Positions 173,071 through 186,922 of a stretch of 248,000 nt of DNA are shown here, piece by piece (the first letter of the stretch is position 1; each line of letters starts with the position of its first letter). The stretch lies in contig NW_008806276.1 in NCBI RefSeq assembly GCF_000400465.1, forward strand, positions 20,001-268,000. The letters are read 5' to 3'. The position numbers and the translations under genes were made by a program. The notes beneath the pieces are model-generated. The model saw only the letters and a list, made by a program, of their open reading frames with translations. It ran no database searches and was not told where the DNA came from. This DNA is from Wallemia ichthyophaga EXF-994. Taxonomy: Eukaryota; Fungi; Basidiomycota.

Positions 173071-173207
173071 ATGATTTTTTTTAAATAACTGCTTATGAAA
173101 AGCCTCGGAATGAAAAGCGTTAAAAGCGTTTGCAGCATCTACCTAGAATTACGTTGAGTTATAGCAACTTTTTGATACATTAGTTTCAATAAGTTGCTAT
173201 TGTCATC

Positions 173208-173310
173208 GCTTTCGTGGCTTAGGGGTTATAGCGCCGTGTTAACACCGGCTCATCTGAGAAGATGAACAGTTGCTCCGCGGAGGTCGCCGGTTCGATTCCG
173301 GCCGAAAGCT
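173208..173310 (+). tRNA. tRNA-Val(AAC) with intron
   Basis: GCTTTCG/CGAAAGC acceptor, CCGTG-TT-AAC-A, GCCGGTTCGATTCCGGC T arm, T-run terminator. Confidence 0.85.
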
Positions 173311-174306
173311 TTTTCACCACGAAAAGTCCTTTTTCTGGCAGAAGCTGATGTTATTTTGCTCTTCGGTCTGACGAAGCACCACAGAGCATCACAGATGAAT
173401 ACAATAGATCCGCTCCTCTTTGTTACGAATGTGTTCATATTCCATTATTGCCGCAAAATCTACTATTCAAAAATGATGAAAATGTCATCCAACCTTATTG
173501 AGGATACAGTAAAAAGAGCAAGGCTTTCGCTTAAGTGGCAATCTTGGAAGAATTAATTGGTAGGTAGTATCAGCTGGATACGGAGAGCTGTAATCGTATG
173601 TCGGTACAGTGGCAGTGGAGAAAGAATCGATCACTCTACTATCCGAATTCAAACTAACTACAAAAATCACCATCAAATTACCTTTTCGAGATACTTTGAT
173701 TATCGGGCTGGTGGCCATAAGTGAGCTCTGAACGGTACAAAAGCAAAATAGGCTCTGAGAAAATGTACACTAATATTAAGGCATGAATGTTACTGATAAA
173801 TATGCAAGTTAATCTAGACCGCTAGTAAAATTTGTAACAAATAATTGCTGGATTGTTTAACTTAACAGAGTCTAATTAGAGGGTACTCGAGATATCGGAA
173901 ATTCCCGCAATAGTCTAATATGAAATCAATTCCCACCAATCGCCTACTTCCTCATTTCTAATCCCGCACAGGCACATATCACTGATAGTAGATGGTTCCT
174001 AGTCAAAACGGAGAGAAGCCACGCTACAAATTTGTAATCCTCAGGCCGAATTAAGAGTATAACAACTAATGTATAAAAATAAGTACATGATACCTAAATC
174101 CCAATCTGAAAATCTATTGCAAAAAAATTGATTTTATCCATGAACTAAATCCAGTTCAACTGATCCATCCATCCATAATTCTAATTAATGTGTTGTTTTG
174201 TAATTGCTATCGTTGCGTGTCATGATATACTGTGTATAAGGTTGTTTAGGGGTGTGTAGATTGTGTAAGGATGTCTAAAGTGTGCTAGTATGCGCACTAA
174301 TATCAT

Positions 174307-175762
174307 CTATACTGCGCAAGAGAATGGATGGTCGAATGTGCCATTTTCATAACCAGCCTTGATATTCTCAACTGCTGAGTAGATGCCGAGCGGGGTGATG
174401 ACCGCACTGAAGGCGATGCAGAGACATGCGAGTGCGATGAATGGTGAGCGCTTCAATGTGAATACGTGCTTCCAGGAAGGCTCGCTGGTGCGATAAAGGT
174501 GAAGAATACAGACACCTGGCAAACCGAGAGCGAACCAAACACTGAAGATTGAGCTGATGATAGAAAGCATTTCACTGAAGAATGGAATGAGGTTTGCAAT
174601 GACCCATCCAAATATCCAGAATGAACCGACAATACCCATCCAGGCGAAACGCATCCTCCACGACTTTTCAGTGAGACGCTCAGAGTGTCTGAAAGCCTGG
174701 ACGTAGACAAGCTTGGCACCGGCAGCAACTGGGACAACACCGGCGACGAAAATTGAAATAAGGGCGATGGCATAGGCCGTAATCATGACAGGACGAGCTG
174801 TCATGGTGAGAGAAGGTGATGTAACATATTGACCACCGAATGAGTAGATTGTAGCGCCTACTATGGTGTAGAAGGTGATAGAGAGGACTTGGACGATACC
174901 CAAACTCTTCTTGAAGTCGTCTGGTCTCTTCATTTCACTGACGACAGTGAGGACGATTGCTTGACCACCCCAACCGAAAATGATGTTTGTGAGAGCGCTA
175001 ATAGTACCGATAAGACCATGGTTTTCGAAAGCGTACCAATGGATGGGCTCATCACCTGGTGAGACAAGTCTGCTATCGTCTTGGACACCAGTTGCGATAA
175101 TAGTGATGAAGGAGGCAGTGAGAATTGCGGTAACAGATGCAATTGAGAGGAAGGTCAATTTCTCCAATCTACGCGATAGCGACATGAGGAAGGAGACAAC
175201 CGCCATAACGACTGTCCATACGATACTGCAAACGAGGTCGTTGTTGCCAATCATCTTTCTAAATGCGATACCACCGGAGAGGACGTGGCTAGCTGCCATG
175301 AAAACGGACTTCAAAACGAGACCATATCCAAATATGATTCCACCAACTTCACCAAACATAATTCTACCAGCATCACCGTAGTTCATACAACCAGGATACT
175401 TCTTCTTGAACTCAACCAGCCAGATACCAGTCAACCAGCACAACATCCCGAGGAAGAAGGTAGTGAAAACACCACCGAACATACCCATTTTGTGGAAGTT
175501 TGATGGGAATGAAAGGATACCAAGAGCGACTTGCTCACAAGTAATCAATAAACCTGCACTGATCCAGCCCATGTTGCGGAAATTGACCGCACCTTCTTTG
175601 TGTTCTGCTTGAGCAGAGAATGGGTCGACTGTGAGGGTATTGTTAGGTGGAGTAAACAAGGCGTAAAGCAAACTCACCAGTAGCGTCGACTTCTTCAACA
175701 GGATCCAAAGTTGCTCTGAAATGAGGCTCTTGCTTTTCGGCTTCTTGGTCTGTCTTCGACAT
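174307..175762 (-). CDS. Amino-acid transporter (AAAP/Aa_trans, Mtr type)
   Basis: EQVALGILSFP, 11 TM helices. Confidence 0.88.
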
Positions 175763-176325
175763 GCTGCCGATGCTTGATGTTCTTTCGAAGCTGTTGTGCT
175801 TTTCGTCGCTCACTAAGGCAGAGTTAGATCAGTGCATCAAGTTTGACTGGCTGAGGAGTGGCTGGCAATCTTATCTTAACAAGAGAAAGACAAGGCACTA
175901 GACACTCATAGCAATGTCTTTTGGTTATACTCACTTTTATGTGATTGTTAAAGATGAAGAAGACGGATTGAGGGAAATATAAAGGCGCGTTATCAGGTGC
176001 AAGGTGGGGAGAAAATTCTCAAAATTTAAGCGAGGATCACTTGCGAGCTGACGTTGTTCCTAGTTTCAGCTCGGGTTTAATGAGCCACTAAGATTATTGC
176101 AAGAAGTAACGCGCTAGATAGTTTGAATATTTCTATCGATTTTCGTCTCCGCTTTTGGTTGTACACAATTCTGCAATTGTCTCAAAGCGGCTACAATCCC
176201 GATTAGGGAGGAATAAAGGGTGATAGGTGTGACAAGGATATTAATAGTGTTTTGTTTTCATAATTGTAGTACAAAATTGTAAAAACCTTACATTTCAGAC
176301 TTGCTCCTCCTTGCTTATTTCGAAG

Positions 176326-178203
176326 ATGCTGCGAGTGAGTTACCGGTTCGCGGGGAGATTCCAAAACTTAGATAATTACAAGGTTGCTGTAGAAGGCTGT
176401 GCCCATGGTCTGTATCTCAGACTGTAGTCTCTGTCTCCCCCTCATACGCACCACAGGATCACTCGATATTATTTACCGCGCGATCGCTGAGAATGACAGG
176501 ATTAGCGGACACAAGACACGATTACTCCTCATTTGCGGAGACTTTCAGGTGTGCTATATTAAGCCCGCACATCTGACTTGCATCTGACGCCTCGCTTCTG
176601 CGGTTCAGGCTTTGAGGAATCACTCTGACTTCAACACGCTTGCTGTCCCGCAAAAATACAAGCAGCTGGGTGATTTTTACAATTATTACAGTGGCAAGAA
176701 AACTGCGCCTATCCTGACCATCTGTATCGGTGGAAACCACGAGGCCAGCTCGTACTTCTGGGAGTTGTGAGTTTTCTCGTGGAAGTATTAATTACTCGGA
176801 TTAATGCTCCCAGATACCACGGCGGATGGCTAGCTCCAAATATCTACTATCTAGGTCGCTCTGGCTCTGTAATGGTCGATGGCGTCCGCATTTCTGGCGC
176901 TAGCTGCATCTACAAGCCAAAAGACTTCATAAAGGGTGAATGGATTTTCATTATGACTACACATCTAACAACTCTATAGGATACTTTGAGAAAATCCCTT
177001 ACAACAACTACACCCTGAGATCAACCTATCACATACGTCAGTTTGATGTTTCGAGGTTACTGCATGTGGGTACAGTCAATTTTCTTGCCATACTTCTCAT
177101 CTCAAGACAGCTACCTAAACCAGACATCTTCCTCTCTCACGACTGGCCTCTTTCGATAGAAAGATACGGCGATACGAACGGCCTTATACGTAAAAAGCCT
177201 TTCTTCAAGGATGAGGTGGGTAAATTTTGCTACAGCAGTATCTCCCACTTATTTCGAAATTTCAGATCTCTAAAAATGAGCTCGGTTCACCACCTCTTCT
177301 CACCCTCCTCCAGAATCTCAGACCTAGGCAGTGGTTTTCGGCGCATTTGCACGTATACTTCAAAGCCAAGTGGCTGTCAGTGGCACAAAGTAGCAGCAGC
177401 GGCAAGCGTATATCTTCATCTCCTCACGCAAAGCAACCGTCTAAGCGTCTCAAGATTGTTGAAGACCCAACTGAATCTAATACTAATCCAGATGAGATAG
177501 CAATAGAAGACGATGTTGATGATCGGCCAGCTGAAGGGGCGAATGAATCAAAAGATAGACAGAAACACGACAGCAATCCCGAAGAGATCGCTATAGAAGA
177601 CGAGGAAGGGGATGAAAATGGTATAGAGCAAGTAGACGATATTAGCAGCGCACCTCAACCATCCGATGAAGAGGTCACATATTTCACAGCACTCGACAAG
177701 AGTCTTCCAAATCGCAAATTCTTAGAGGCAGGTATTTGTACAAAGTTTTGCAGTCCTAATTTTAACATATCCATAACAGTTTATCAATATAGAGACAGAC
177801 GACAGAAACGCCAGTCACAGGCCTTTTTTTACATTCGATCCCTATTGGTTAGCTATCACGCGCGCCTACCACCCCTTCATGTCTACACAAGACTCGCAGA
177901 CACTGCCATTAGAGGAGGAAGCCAAGCGCGAGATAGATGTGCAGCTGCAGTGGGCAAAGGAGTATTTGAGCAATGTGGAAGTGGAGAGTGTGCAGCAATT
178001 CGTTAAGACTGCGCCAGGTGATGGTGATAGAGGATTCACATTCAAAGGACAACGTAGGTGTAATTTTTTTAGTACGTATCTCTGACCGGCTACATGCAGC
178101 TCACACATACACTAATCCCCAGACTGAGGCTTTCTGTCAAATGCTAGATATACCGAACTTTGTTAATCCTCAGCCGTGTGAAGGAATGCATCATGACTTA
178201 TAA
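176326..178203 (+). CDS. DBR1: RNA lariat debranching enzyme
   Basis: [43 protein letters not shown]. Confidence 0.92.
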
Positions 178204-178722
178204 TGCAAATGCGACAAAGGATAAGATACACAGATGCATTCGAAAGAGTATGATGAAGGACAAGCCGGGCTAGAAGAGCAAAGAACGCAGCCAATAGGAA
178301 ATACAATGTCAGTTGATTAGTATTTATTGTACATAATATGAAGATAATAACATGGTATAAAGCATGCGCTTCTTGAGTGGGTTATTTGCCGGGTGTCTCG
178401 CCGGGTGTCTAAGTGTCAATACGATTCCGAGACAAATTGCCAGAAATGTTAACTTAGTCTCGTAAGTCATTCGAGGCATCGGATAAATTCTTAGGCCATC
178501 AGGATACGTTAATAATTGATTGGCGCCTACCTCTTTTGTCTCAGCGTCTGAGTCGTCGACGTCATGCAATGTTTTATGACGCACAAGAATGAATAGACAC
178601 ATGATTTCATTAGTAGGACTGAGGGGATAAACGTAAAGCAATAAGAAAAAGATTCAGCGAGTTATTCAACAAAGGAAAAATATCATAAGAAACACCAAAA
178701 AAGATTGGTTGTAGATTACCAC

Positions 178723-178830
178723 TACTTCAGACGGGGCTCGAACCCGCAACCTTTGGATGGCTAGTTCAACTCGGTTTGAACCCTTCGATGATACTAGAAG
178801 TCCAATACTCTACCATTGAGCCACTGAAGC
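178723..178830 (-). tRNA. tRNA-Arg(UCU) with intron
   Basis: GCTTCAG/CTGAAGT acceptor, TTGGA-CT-TCT-A, GCGGGTTCGAGCCCCGT. Confidence 0.9.
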
Positions 178831-179702
178831 GCCCGTTGCGCTAATCGGTTGTTGACACTCACGAATTTTGTTACAAAATATTTCAAACATACACAAAACC
178901 TGAAATGCAGAAACATCATCATCTTTTTTTGAAGCATTTATGGACAAATTTGGTGTTTTACACGCTTTAAAATCTAGTTATTGCGTGGTGACAGTGCTAA
179001 CACCTATTATAATGCAAAACCAAAACATATCAGCGAGAGAAGTGGGAATAAGAAACGCATCTCAAATCAATTTAAATTAATCAACTGACTAATCATTTAT
179101 TGGTGAAAGTGATAGTATCTTCACAGCTATTAGCGCTTCGAGGAGCACCTAAAATGCGTTCAAAAATACATCGCCAAGTAAAGCAAGCTCGGAAATTGTG
179201 CAAAATAACAATTGATTGTTTACTATGTCTACCGAGCTCTATCGCTTTGATTGGAATTTAGGTATGCTACAGGGATTAATGAAAAGAGTTCGCTAGAGTG
179301 CTGGAAAACTCACAGGAACTCTGTATCTATTCAGCGGCTCTGATTTCCAGGATATACCTTTTTCAACTCTTGTCATCTTGCAATCATTATCGGGAATAAA
179401 GTAAAATGGAGGGATCACTAGCAATTTTGCTAACGATAGTAGTGGTGATAACGTGAATCTAACTTCTTGCATAACTTAATTCTAACGTATTTGAAACAAG
179501 TCTGATGACGTTTGTATTCTGCGCTCTTTCTTCGTGCTTGGGGGATGGGGTACGGGCAGCTTTCACAGACACAACGCACAACAGATCAGCATATGCATAT
179601 AAGCGTGGGATTGGTCGACGCGTCAATGAATTGGAGGAAATGGAGATGGAGAGCTGGGGAAGGTGAACCCAAGAATTATATGTGCAGAATTTAAACGCTA
179701 TA

Positions 179703-181114
179703 ATCATACAAAAGCTTGAATGCCAGTTGTAGCTTTGCCAAGAATCAACGCGTGGCTATTTTAGTTGTAAATTCAGTGATACCCTAATAAATAGAACTTA
179801 TAACTCACATATCGTGTGTACCTTCGTACGTGTTTGTGACGTGCAGGTTGTTAGCAATCCGACCGACATGATACTCGTCGGCCACACCATTACCGCCAAA
179901 TATATCCATAAGCGTGCGCGTATGTTGCAAAGCCATACCGCAATTGTTGCGCTTCACGAGTGAGATCATCTCTGGGCTGTAGGTATTTGCATCCATCAGT
180001 CTTCCAACTTGCAAAGACGCGAGAAGACCCAGCGGAACTTGAGTAACTGCGTCAGCCAGTTTCTTTTGGACGAGTTGAAAAGACGCTAATGGACGATTGA
180101 ACTGCTTTCTATCGAGGGCATATTCTCTGGATTGAGCAATAACATCTTCCAATGCACCCATCACACCCCACGAGATACCGTAACGCGCTTGGTTGAGACA
180201 GCTGAATGGTCCTTTGAGACCAGAAACATTGGGCAAAATGTGTTCTGAGGACACATGTACATCATCCATATATATCGATCCTGTAAGCGAAGCTCTTAAG
180301 CCCATCTTATTCTTGATTGCAGGCGCCGTCAAACCGTCCATACCCTTCTCAAGGATAAAGCCTCTAATTTTGCCATCCCATTTACATTTCGCCCATATCA
180401 TAAACACGTCGCTAATTGGAGAGTTGGTTATCCACGTTTTGGAGCCGTTGAGTTTGTATCCATGGGGTGTTTCTTCAGCTATCGTCTCCATTCCGTTTGG
180501 ATCGCTTCCATGTTGTGGCTCTGTCAGTCCGAAACAACCTACTAGATCGCCGGATGCTAGTCCTGGAATATATTTCTCGCGTTGCGCTTCGCTACCGAAA
180601 GCGTGGATTGGATACATTGTTAAGCTCGATTGAACCGACATTGCCTGTGTGGGTAGTGTGAGAGGGTGATTTTGAACAAAGTGAGTGACAAACCGATCTA
180701 TATCCACTATCGACTCTCTCAACCTCCCTCGTGATCAAGCCGTATGCCACTTTAGAGACACCGGCACAGCCGTAACCGTCGAGAGTGGCGCCAAGGAAAC
180801 CTAACTGACCCATTTCTTTGAGTATCTGACGATCAAAGTGTTCATGTCGTGAAGCTTCGAGGATTCTAGGCGAGAGTTGTTCTTGTGCGTAGACTTTCAC
180901 GCTTTCTCTGTAGCACGTGTGAGCAGAATGCTGTGCAATCCAGCAGCACTCACTCAATTGCCAGTTCGTCTTCAGTTAGTAGCGTGTCGAGCTTGAGTGG
181001 GTCTCGGAAATCGAAATTGATGAATTTAGAAGAGGGGATGATAGTGCTAGTCGCAGAGGAATCAACTGGAGGTCTCTGCGTCGTTATAAATCTTCTGCCC
181101 AAATTTCTTAGCAT
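179703..181114 (-). CDS. Glutaryl-CoA dehydrogenase (acyl-CoA dehydrogenase family)
   Basis: [39 protein letters not shown]. Confidence 0.92.
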
Positions 181115-181446
181115 CGCAGTGATTGAATGGTTAAAACGGGGTTGATGATAGCATCATAGCAGTTTGTCACATGGCTTCGGGTGTGCGATATTCACGGAGC
181201 ACGCTGATTATAGTTGTACTCCAAATTTAGCTCTGATCAAGCTAGCTCACATCAATGGCTTATGACTTAGATTTCAAAGTACATTGATTGGCAACGAAAA
181301 TTCAAAGATTTTAAAATTAATACAATAAGCCTCTTAATCTCCAGCTCTTGAATATCACACTGCTGGAAGAAAATTTCGTCTGCTCCCAAGAAGATTTTTG
181401 GCGTCTTCAGCTTGTTCTCCATCCATCAAACGCATATCAAAATAAA

Positions 181447-182180
181447 ATGAAGGTGAGCTAAAATATTGTCGGAGCTGATGGGATAATGTACATCACCCAC
181501 GCATTCTTCGATTTCCCCCTAAAGAACAACGCTGATGCTGTTATCATAGGTTTTCACAGTGAGTTTACTTTTGCTCAAAAGTAGTACTCCGCTTTAACAT
181601 TAATCCAGGACGTTGTCTCCGGTGATGAGCTTGCTTCAGACGCATACCCAATGAAGGAGGAAGGCCCATTCTTGACTATCGATTGCGAAGTGAGTCGATC
181701 CATCCACGTTCCATTAGCATCCGAGCTCAACGATATATTCTAGGTAATCACCGTCGGCGGTGAAGGCGCTGATATCGGTGGTGACGAAGGCGGTGTAGAC
181801 GATTCTAAGGAGCAAAAGATCAACTTGGTTCACTCTTTCGGTTTGAAACAAACTCAATTCGACAAGAAGTCATACACCGTTCACTTGAAGGTATTTTGAG
181901 ATATTTAAAAACAAAGGCATAGCTGATTGAAAATTTGCAGGACTACATGAAGAACGTCGTTGATCACTTGAAGGCCAACAACCCAGAGCGTGTTGATGGC
182001 TTCAAGGCTGAAGCTCAAGCTGGCTTGAAGGAACTCTTGTCCAAGTTTGGTGACCTCGAATTCTTCATGGGAGAGTCATTGTCTACAGATGGTCAAGTCG
182101 CTCTCCTTAACTACCGTGAAGACGGTATTACTCCTTACTTCACCTTGTGGAAGGACGGTCTCAAGGGACAAAAGATCTAG
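181447..182180 (+). CDS. TMA19: Translationally controlled tumor protein
   Basis: DVVSGDELASDAYPM, FDKKSY, EFFMGES, REDGITPY; 6-nt and 9-nt micro-exons. Confidence 0.92.
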
Positions 182181-182868
182181 AGTCCTTACTCGTATCATCT
182201 TTTCATCTTTATTCATATAAAAGTAAATTCATACATCAATTTTCTTGGGTCTTGCGAGATTTCCCTTTGTGTGTGTCTGCTTGATTCTGTTGATGATTGC
182301 AACTCTTTTGAGATTTTGGTTGACAGTTTTCTTGCTGCTGCTATTGTTGTGTGAGGTGTCTGAGACTGACATCGCAATCGTTCGTTGTGAATCGCGCTGT
182401 GAAGTAGTGAAGAATTGGTAAATATATAAATTATTGATTTAAGTTCTGTTGAGCCCTCATTGATGTACTACATAAGAACATTGAAAATTTTAGGCAAACA
182501 AGTTGCTAAAAGGAGATTCTTGTGTGAGATATTAGATAAGATCCTTAGAAGCATTGTTACAGTGTTTTATACGTTCGAAACCTTCAATTCGTAGGTCAAC
182601 TATGAATGTTTCGATAATATTACTGTGTTATGTAGAATGGAATGTATAGCGCATTCCTATGAGTGAAATCATTTAATGGAATATCCGTTGAAGAATGCCT
182701 ATGTCCATTGTTATCGCTGGGGATTGAGCAGATTAGAAGCTTAGGAGACATCCAGAGGCGAATATGCACTCACAACTACTCTCAGCCTCCCAATATAATT
182801 ATCTCCTCGCTCTCTCAAACACTTCAAAATTCTCTGTCTTCCTCCTTCACCTACCAGCAACACCGAAA

Positions 182869-184457
182869 ATGGACTACAGGAAGACGCTGCCGTTGCCGCA
182901 AACGTTTTCCCATAAAATAGGCTACTCCCAAGATTCAAAATATTTTAAAAGCTTCAAGTCAACTTTCGTCAAGGAGTTTGCGCCTATAACCAGCGTGAGC
183001 TTCTCACCAAGCACGCCGCATAGATTTGCAGTGACATCTGCCACCCGAGTACAGATATATACGCCTAGATCGCAGTCGGTGGTGAAGACGATCAGCAGAT
183101 TCAAGGATGTTGCCAGGTCTGGTCAGATCCGTGGTGATGGTCGATTGGTTATAGCGGGCGACGATTCTGGTTTGGTGCAGGTGCGAGAAGATTGCGCGTA
183201 TTAATTACTCAGCTAATGCTCTACTTGCAGGTATTCGATATAAACTCCCGCGCTATCCTTCGTACATTCGACGACCACAAGCAGCCCGTCCATGTTACAG
183301 CTTTCCATCCTACAGAACAAACCAAAGTTCTTTCAGCTAGCGATGACTGTAGCGTGATACTACACGATATACCAACTCAGACTGCGCTTCATAAATTTGA
183401 CGAGCATTCTGATTACGTTAGGACAGCCAATTTCTCACCTTCTTCTCCTTATCTACTTGTTTCAGGATCTTACGATCACACGGTCAAACTTTGGGACACA
183501 AGAATGCAGCAGTCGGCCATGACCATGTCGACTGGTGGCTTACCAGTCGAATCCACATGTTACTTACCTGGCGCAGAGTCCATTGCGTCTAGCTCCGGTC
183601 CTATTGTGCGTATCTGGGATATCATGGCAGGTGGCAGATGCAGGAAAGCGTTCAGTAATCACCAGAAGGCTGTCACATCGCTATGTGTTGATGGTGATGA
183701 GAAGCGTTTGCTGACTGGTAGCTTAGACCAGATGGTGAAAGTGTACGATTTGGAGAGTCTCAACGTTACGCATACGATGCGTTTCCCTGCTCCTGTATTG
183801 TCAATAGCTATGTCGCCGGATAACATTAATCTCGCAGCTGGATTGTCGGACGGTACGCTTGCTATTCGTAGACGTCAAGCTAAGGGTGTAGAAGTCGCTG
183901 AAAAGATTGCTGAGAAGGAGGCTATGAAATCTGGTTTGTATGAGTACATGCAGGAAGCGCAAACTGTAAAACCCGTAACGCAAACCAGCGTCAAATCAGA
184001 GGGTAATCTTGCACACGACGAGTTTAAGATAGAACCAATTAGAAGATTAAAATTGAAAGAGTTTGACAAATATCTCAAGAAGTTCCAATATTCTGAAGCT
184101 TTAGATGTGACGCTAGCGAAGAAAGCTGCGCCTACAACCTTATTTGCGTTGTTACTCGAGTTGATCAATAGGAATGGATTGAAACAGGCTGTATCTGGAC
184201 GCGACGATATTGGTCTTGAGCCACTTGTTTCTACACTAGTTAAATGGATAGTCGATCCACGGTTCACTGATATAGCTGTAGTTGTCGCATCTACTATTAT
184301 AGACATATATGGAGACGTAGCTGGACAATCTGAGCTTATTGACAATCTTCTCAACAAACTGCGCAAGAAGGTTGACGACGAAATCAACGTACAGACGGAT
184401 TTCATGAATGCTAGAGGTGCTTTGGATATGATATTTGCACAATCAACACTTAGATAG
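182869..184457 (+). CDS. UTP15: U3 snoRNP WD40 protein Utp15
   Basis: FAVTSATRVQIY, HSDYVR, UTP15 C-terminal domain. Confidence 0.9.
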
Positions 184458-184497
184458 ATTTGATCATAATTTATTGTAATTTATATATACAAACACT

Positions 184498-186340
184498 TTA
184501 CAAACTACTCACATATTCGATGAGATGTTCCACAATTTCACGTTGTGTGGGTGATCCATCGTTATTTGAAGGTTGTTCGCCCATGTTATCAGCGTACTCA
184601 TGTAGAATAGATGTAACATCCTTGAATGACACTCCGCGACGGTTGAGGAGCAACTCAGTGTGGTCTTTGATTCCGTCGTCTTCCATCACTAGCCAGGCCA
184701 AAACGTAGTCTGATAGCTGCAAGGTAAACAACCCATCTTCCAATCTACCTAGGTAGGCCTCGTCTTCTTCTATATCCATCTGACTATCCTGTTCAATGCG
184801 TACTTTCACTCTACTCGCAGCGTTTTCACGAATCTCCAACAATCTATCAACTTTCTCGTAATCATTCTCGACAAACTTGGTTAACAAACGAACTCTGCCG
184901 AGTGTGTCTGATCCCAAGTTGGAAAATAATGACACTAGTATACCCAAAAGATGTTCTTCCTGTTCTTGTACCGATACAGCTCCAAGTGCGCTCTTCTTAT
185001 GAGGAACTTTATTCATGAATGCACCAAATAAGCTTGTCAGCCCATTGGCTTCGATAAATGCTTCACTATTGAGTGAGCCTTCTGGTCCTGACATGGCATG
185101 ATCTAATGTCTTGATAGCGCGTGACCTTGACATCAACTTCTCCTGTGCTATCAGTACCATCAAGTCGACTCCTTCCGCATCCTTGAACTGAACCTTTGCG
185201 AGTGGTTCGGCCAGCACTGTACAGAGTGCGTTATAAGCGTTCTCCAGAAACTCCAATTCTTCAGCATCTTTGGGGTCTTTTTTCATATAGTGCTGAATTG
185301 TGTTGTGAGTGTTTTTGATGGATATTTTATATTCAACCCACCGACAACGACTGCAGAATACTATCAAGACCATCTTTTTGCTCCAACACGGCCATTCTAT
185401 TCTTAGACGAATCCTGTAGCACGATAGCTAGGATTTCTGACGCGTATTGCTTATTCTGGTCGTACTCTACACGAGTGATGCGCTTGAGCAACCAAGGTAA
185501 TATGTTGGTGGATGAAATCAGCACCTCTGCCAGCTCTGGCCTGAGTGAAATCAAATTCTCAAGTAAAGCGAGAGTATGATAAACACCCTCGACATCGCTA
185601 TCTTGATCCTCGTTCAATCTCTTCAGATTAGATACCAGTAATTCTAATATCTGAAGCTGTAGGATGGTGTCTACGAATGAGTTAAGATGAATTCTACCCT
185701 GATCAACGTCATCTACGGCATCCAAGATATCCTCATCAGTCAACTCCTCTAGCACTTCGACCACATCAAGCGAAATATCTGTATTATCATGAGATAACAA
185801 ACCAACCAGCTGCTCCGTTGCGCCAGTGTTGATAAGCTGTGGATAGGATATAGATGGATTCTGTGCGAAAGTTTTGAGTTGATGTAACGCGCTATCCAGA
185901 TCAGCCTCTGAGTCAATAAATTGATGTGGATCGTCTGGGTATTTACCTCTAAGCTGAGTATTTTTGCTAATGACTCGCTCTAATTGCTGTAGCTGCTTCT
186001 TAATTGACGCTGGTGACAGTGTCAACTCCTCGCCGCCTTTATCGGCTTTATCGAATACGTCGAGTATTGTTGACTGCTCTTCCGTCAATCCGCCACCAAA
186101 GAATCTACCGTCTTCGTCGTCTTCTTCAAATTCGTCGTTGTTAGCATCAATGTACTCGACTGTATCGTCTTCATCTTCATCTGCTATCGTCACAGCTCTA
186201 CCCTTTCCTTTACCGTTGTCTGGTGCTGATTGTGCGTCATCCTGATTTTCCTGAAGCCTGACTTTCTTGATTGCTTCCTCGGATGCTGGCTCGAATCTGC
186301 GTTTATTCTTACCCGAAGGTAGTTGAGGGAGCTTGAACAT
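184498..186340 (-). CDS. CTNNBL1: Beta-catenin-like protein 1 (Prp19 complex)
   Basis: EDGRFFGGGL, FIDSEADLD, LLSHDNTDI, KFVENDYEKVDRLLE. Confidence 0.9.
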
Positions 186341-186588
186341 TTTAGAGACCTTTAATCAAATCTGTAAGTTACCGGATTCGAACCTAGGGCTCTCTAGAGA
186401 ACTCACATCCATGATGATAGTTTCGATTCAAGATAGCGTTTCTTAATCTCAGACGTCATGGCGGGGGCTTCTAATCGCAAATTTCAAGATAAATTGCAAT
186501 CGCAGGCGAAATCAAATGAGGCTGTTACAAGGTCAGTTCTTTTCCTCTACTAACTCCATTCCAGCTCACTCGGATACGTAGATCGTCC

Positions 186589-186792
186589 ATGTCCAAGTTG
186601 ATTGCTTTCTCGCTAGCTTTGGTTTTGCTACCAATATCCGTTTACTTTGTATCGCTGAATAGAATATTCACGGGTAACTCCACATACGCTGCCATTACAG
186701 CTGCAATCACTGCCAACGTCGTCCTAATCTCTTACGTCGCTATGGCCATTTTAGAAGATGACAGCGGCATCAAGCAAAAGAAATCAGAATAG
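186589..186792 (+). CDS. VMA21: V-ATPase assembly factor Vma21
   Basis: KLIAFSLALVLLP...AAITANVVLISYV..A..ED, KKSE end. Confidence 0.85.
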   Translation: MSKLIAFSLALVLLPISVYFVSLNRIFTGNSTYAAITAAITANVVLISYVAMAILEDDSGIKQKKSE

Positions 186793-186922
186793 TTCCAACA
186801 TTATGTATTCCTAACTTTTAATTATACATGAAACAAATGAGTGAAAATTCTTAAAAACATTAAAACCATTAAAAACATTAAACGAGTGTCATTAAAGAGC
186901 GCAAATATAATAGCGTTATCTT

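Noticed and set aside
181453-181550. Long first intron of TMA19 as a C/D snoRNA host
   Set aside because: No proper RTGATGA box C; the CTGA is the branch-point motif.
186374-186384. Perfect B-box GGTTCGAATCC (minus strand) before CTNNBL1, possible tRNA or Pol III gene
   Set aside because: Flanks do not form T or acceptor stems and there is no A box; a single 11-mer of this kind is expected by chance often enough. At most an ETC site.
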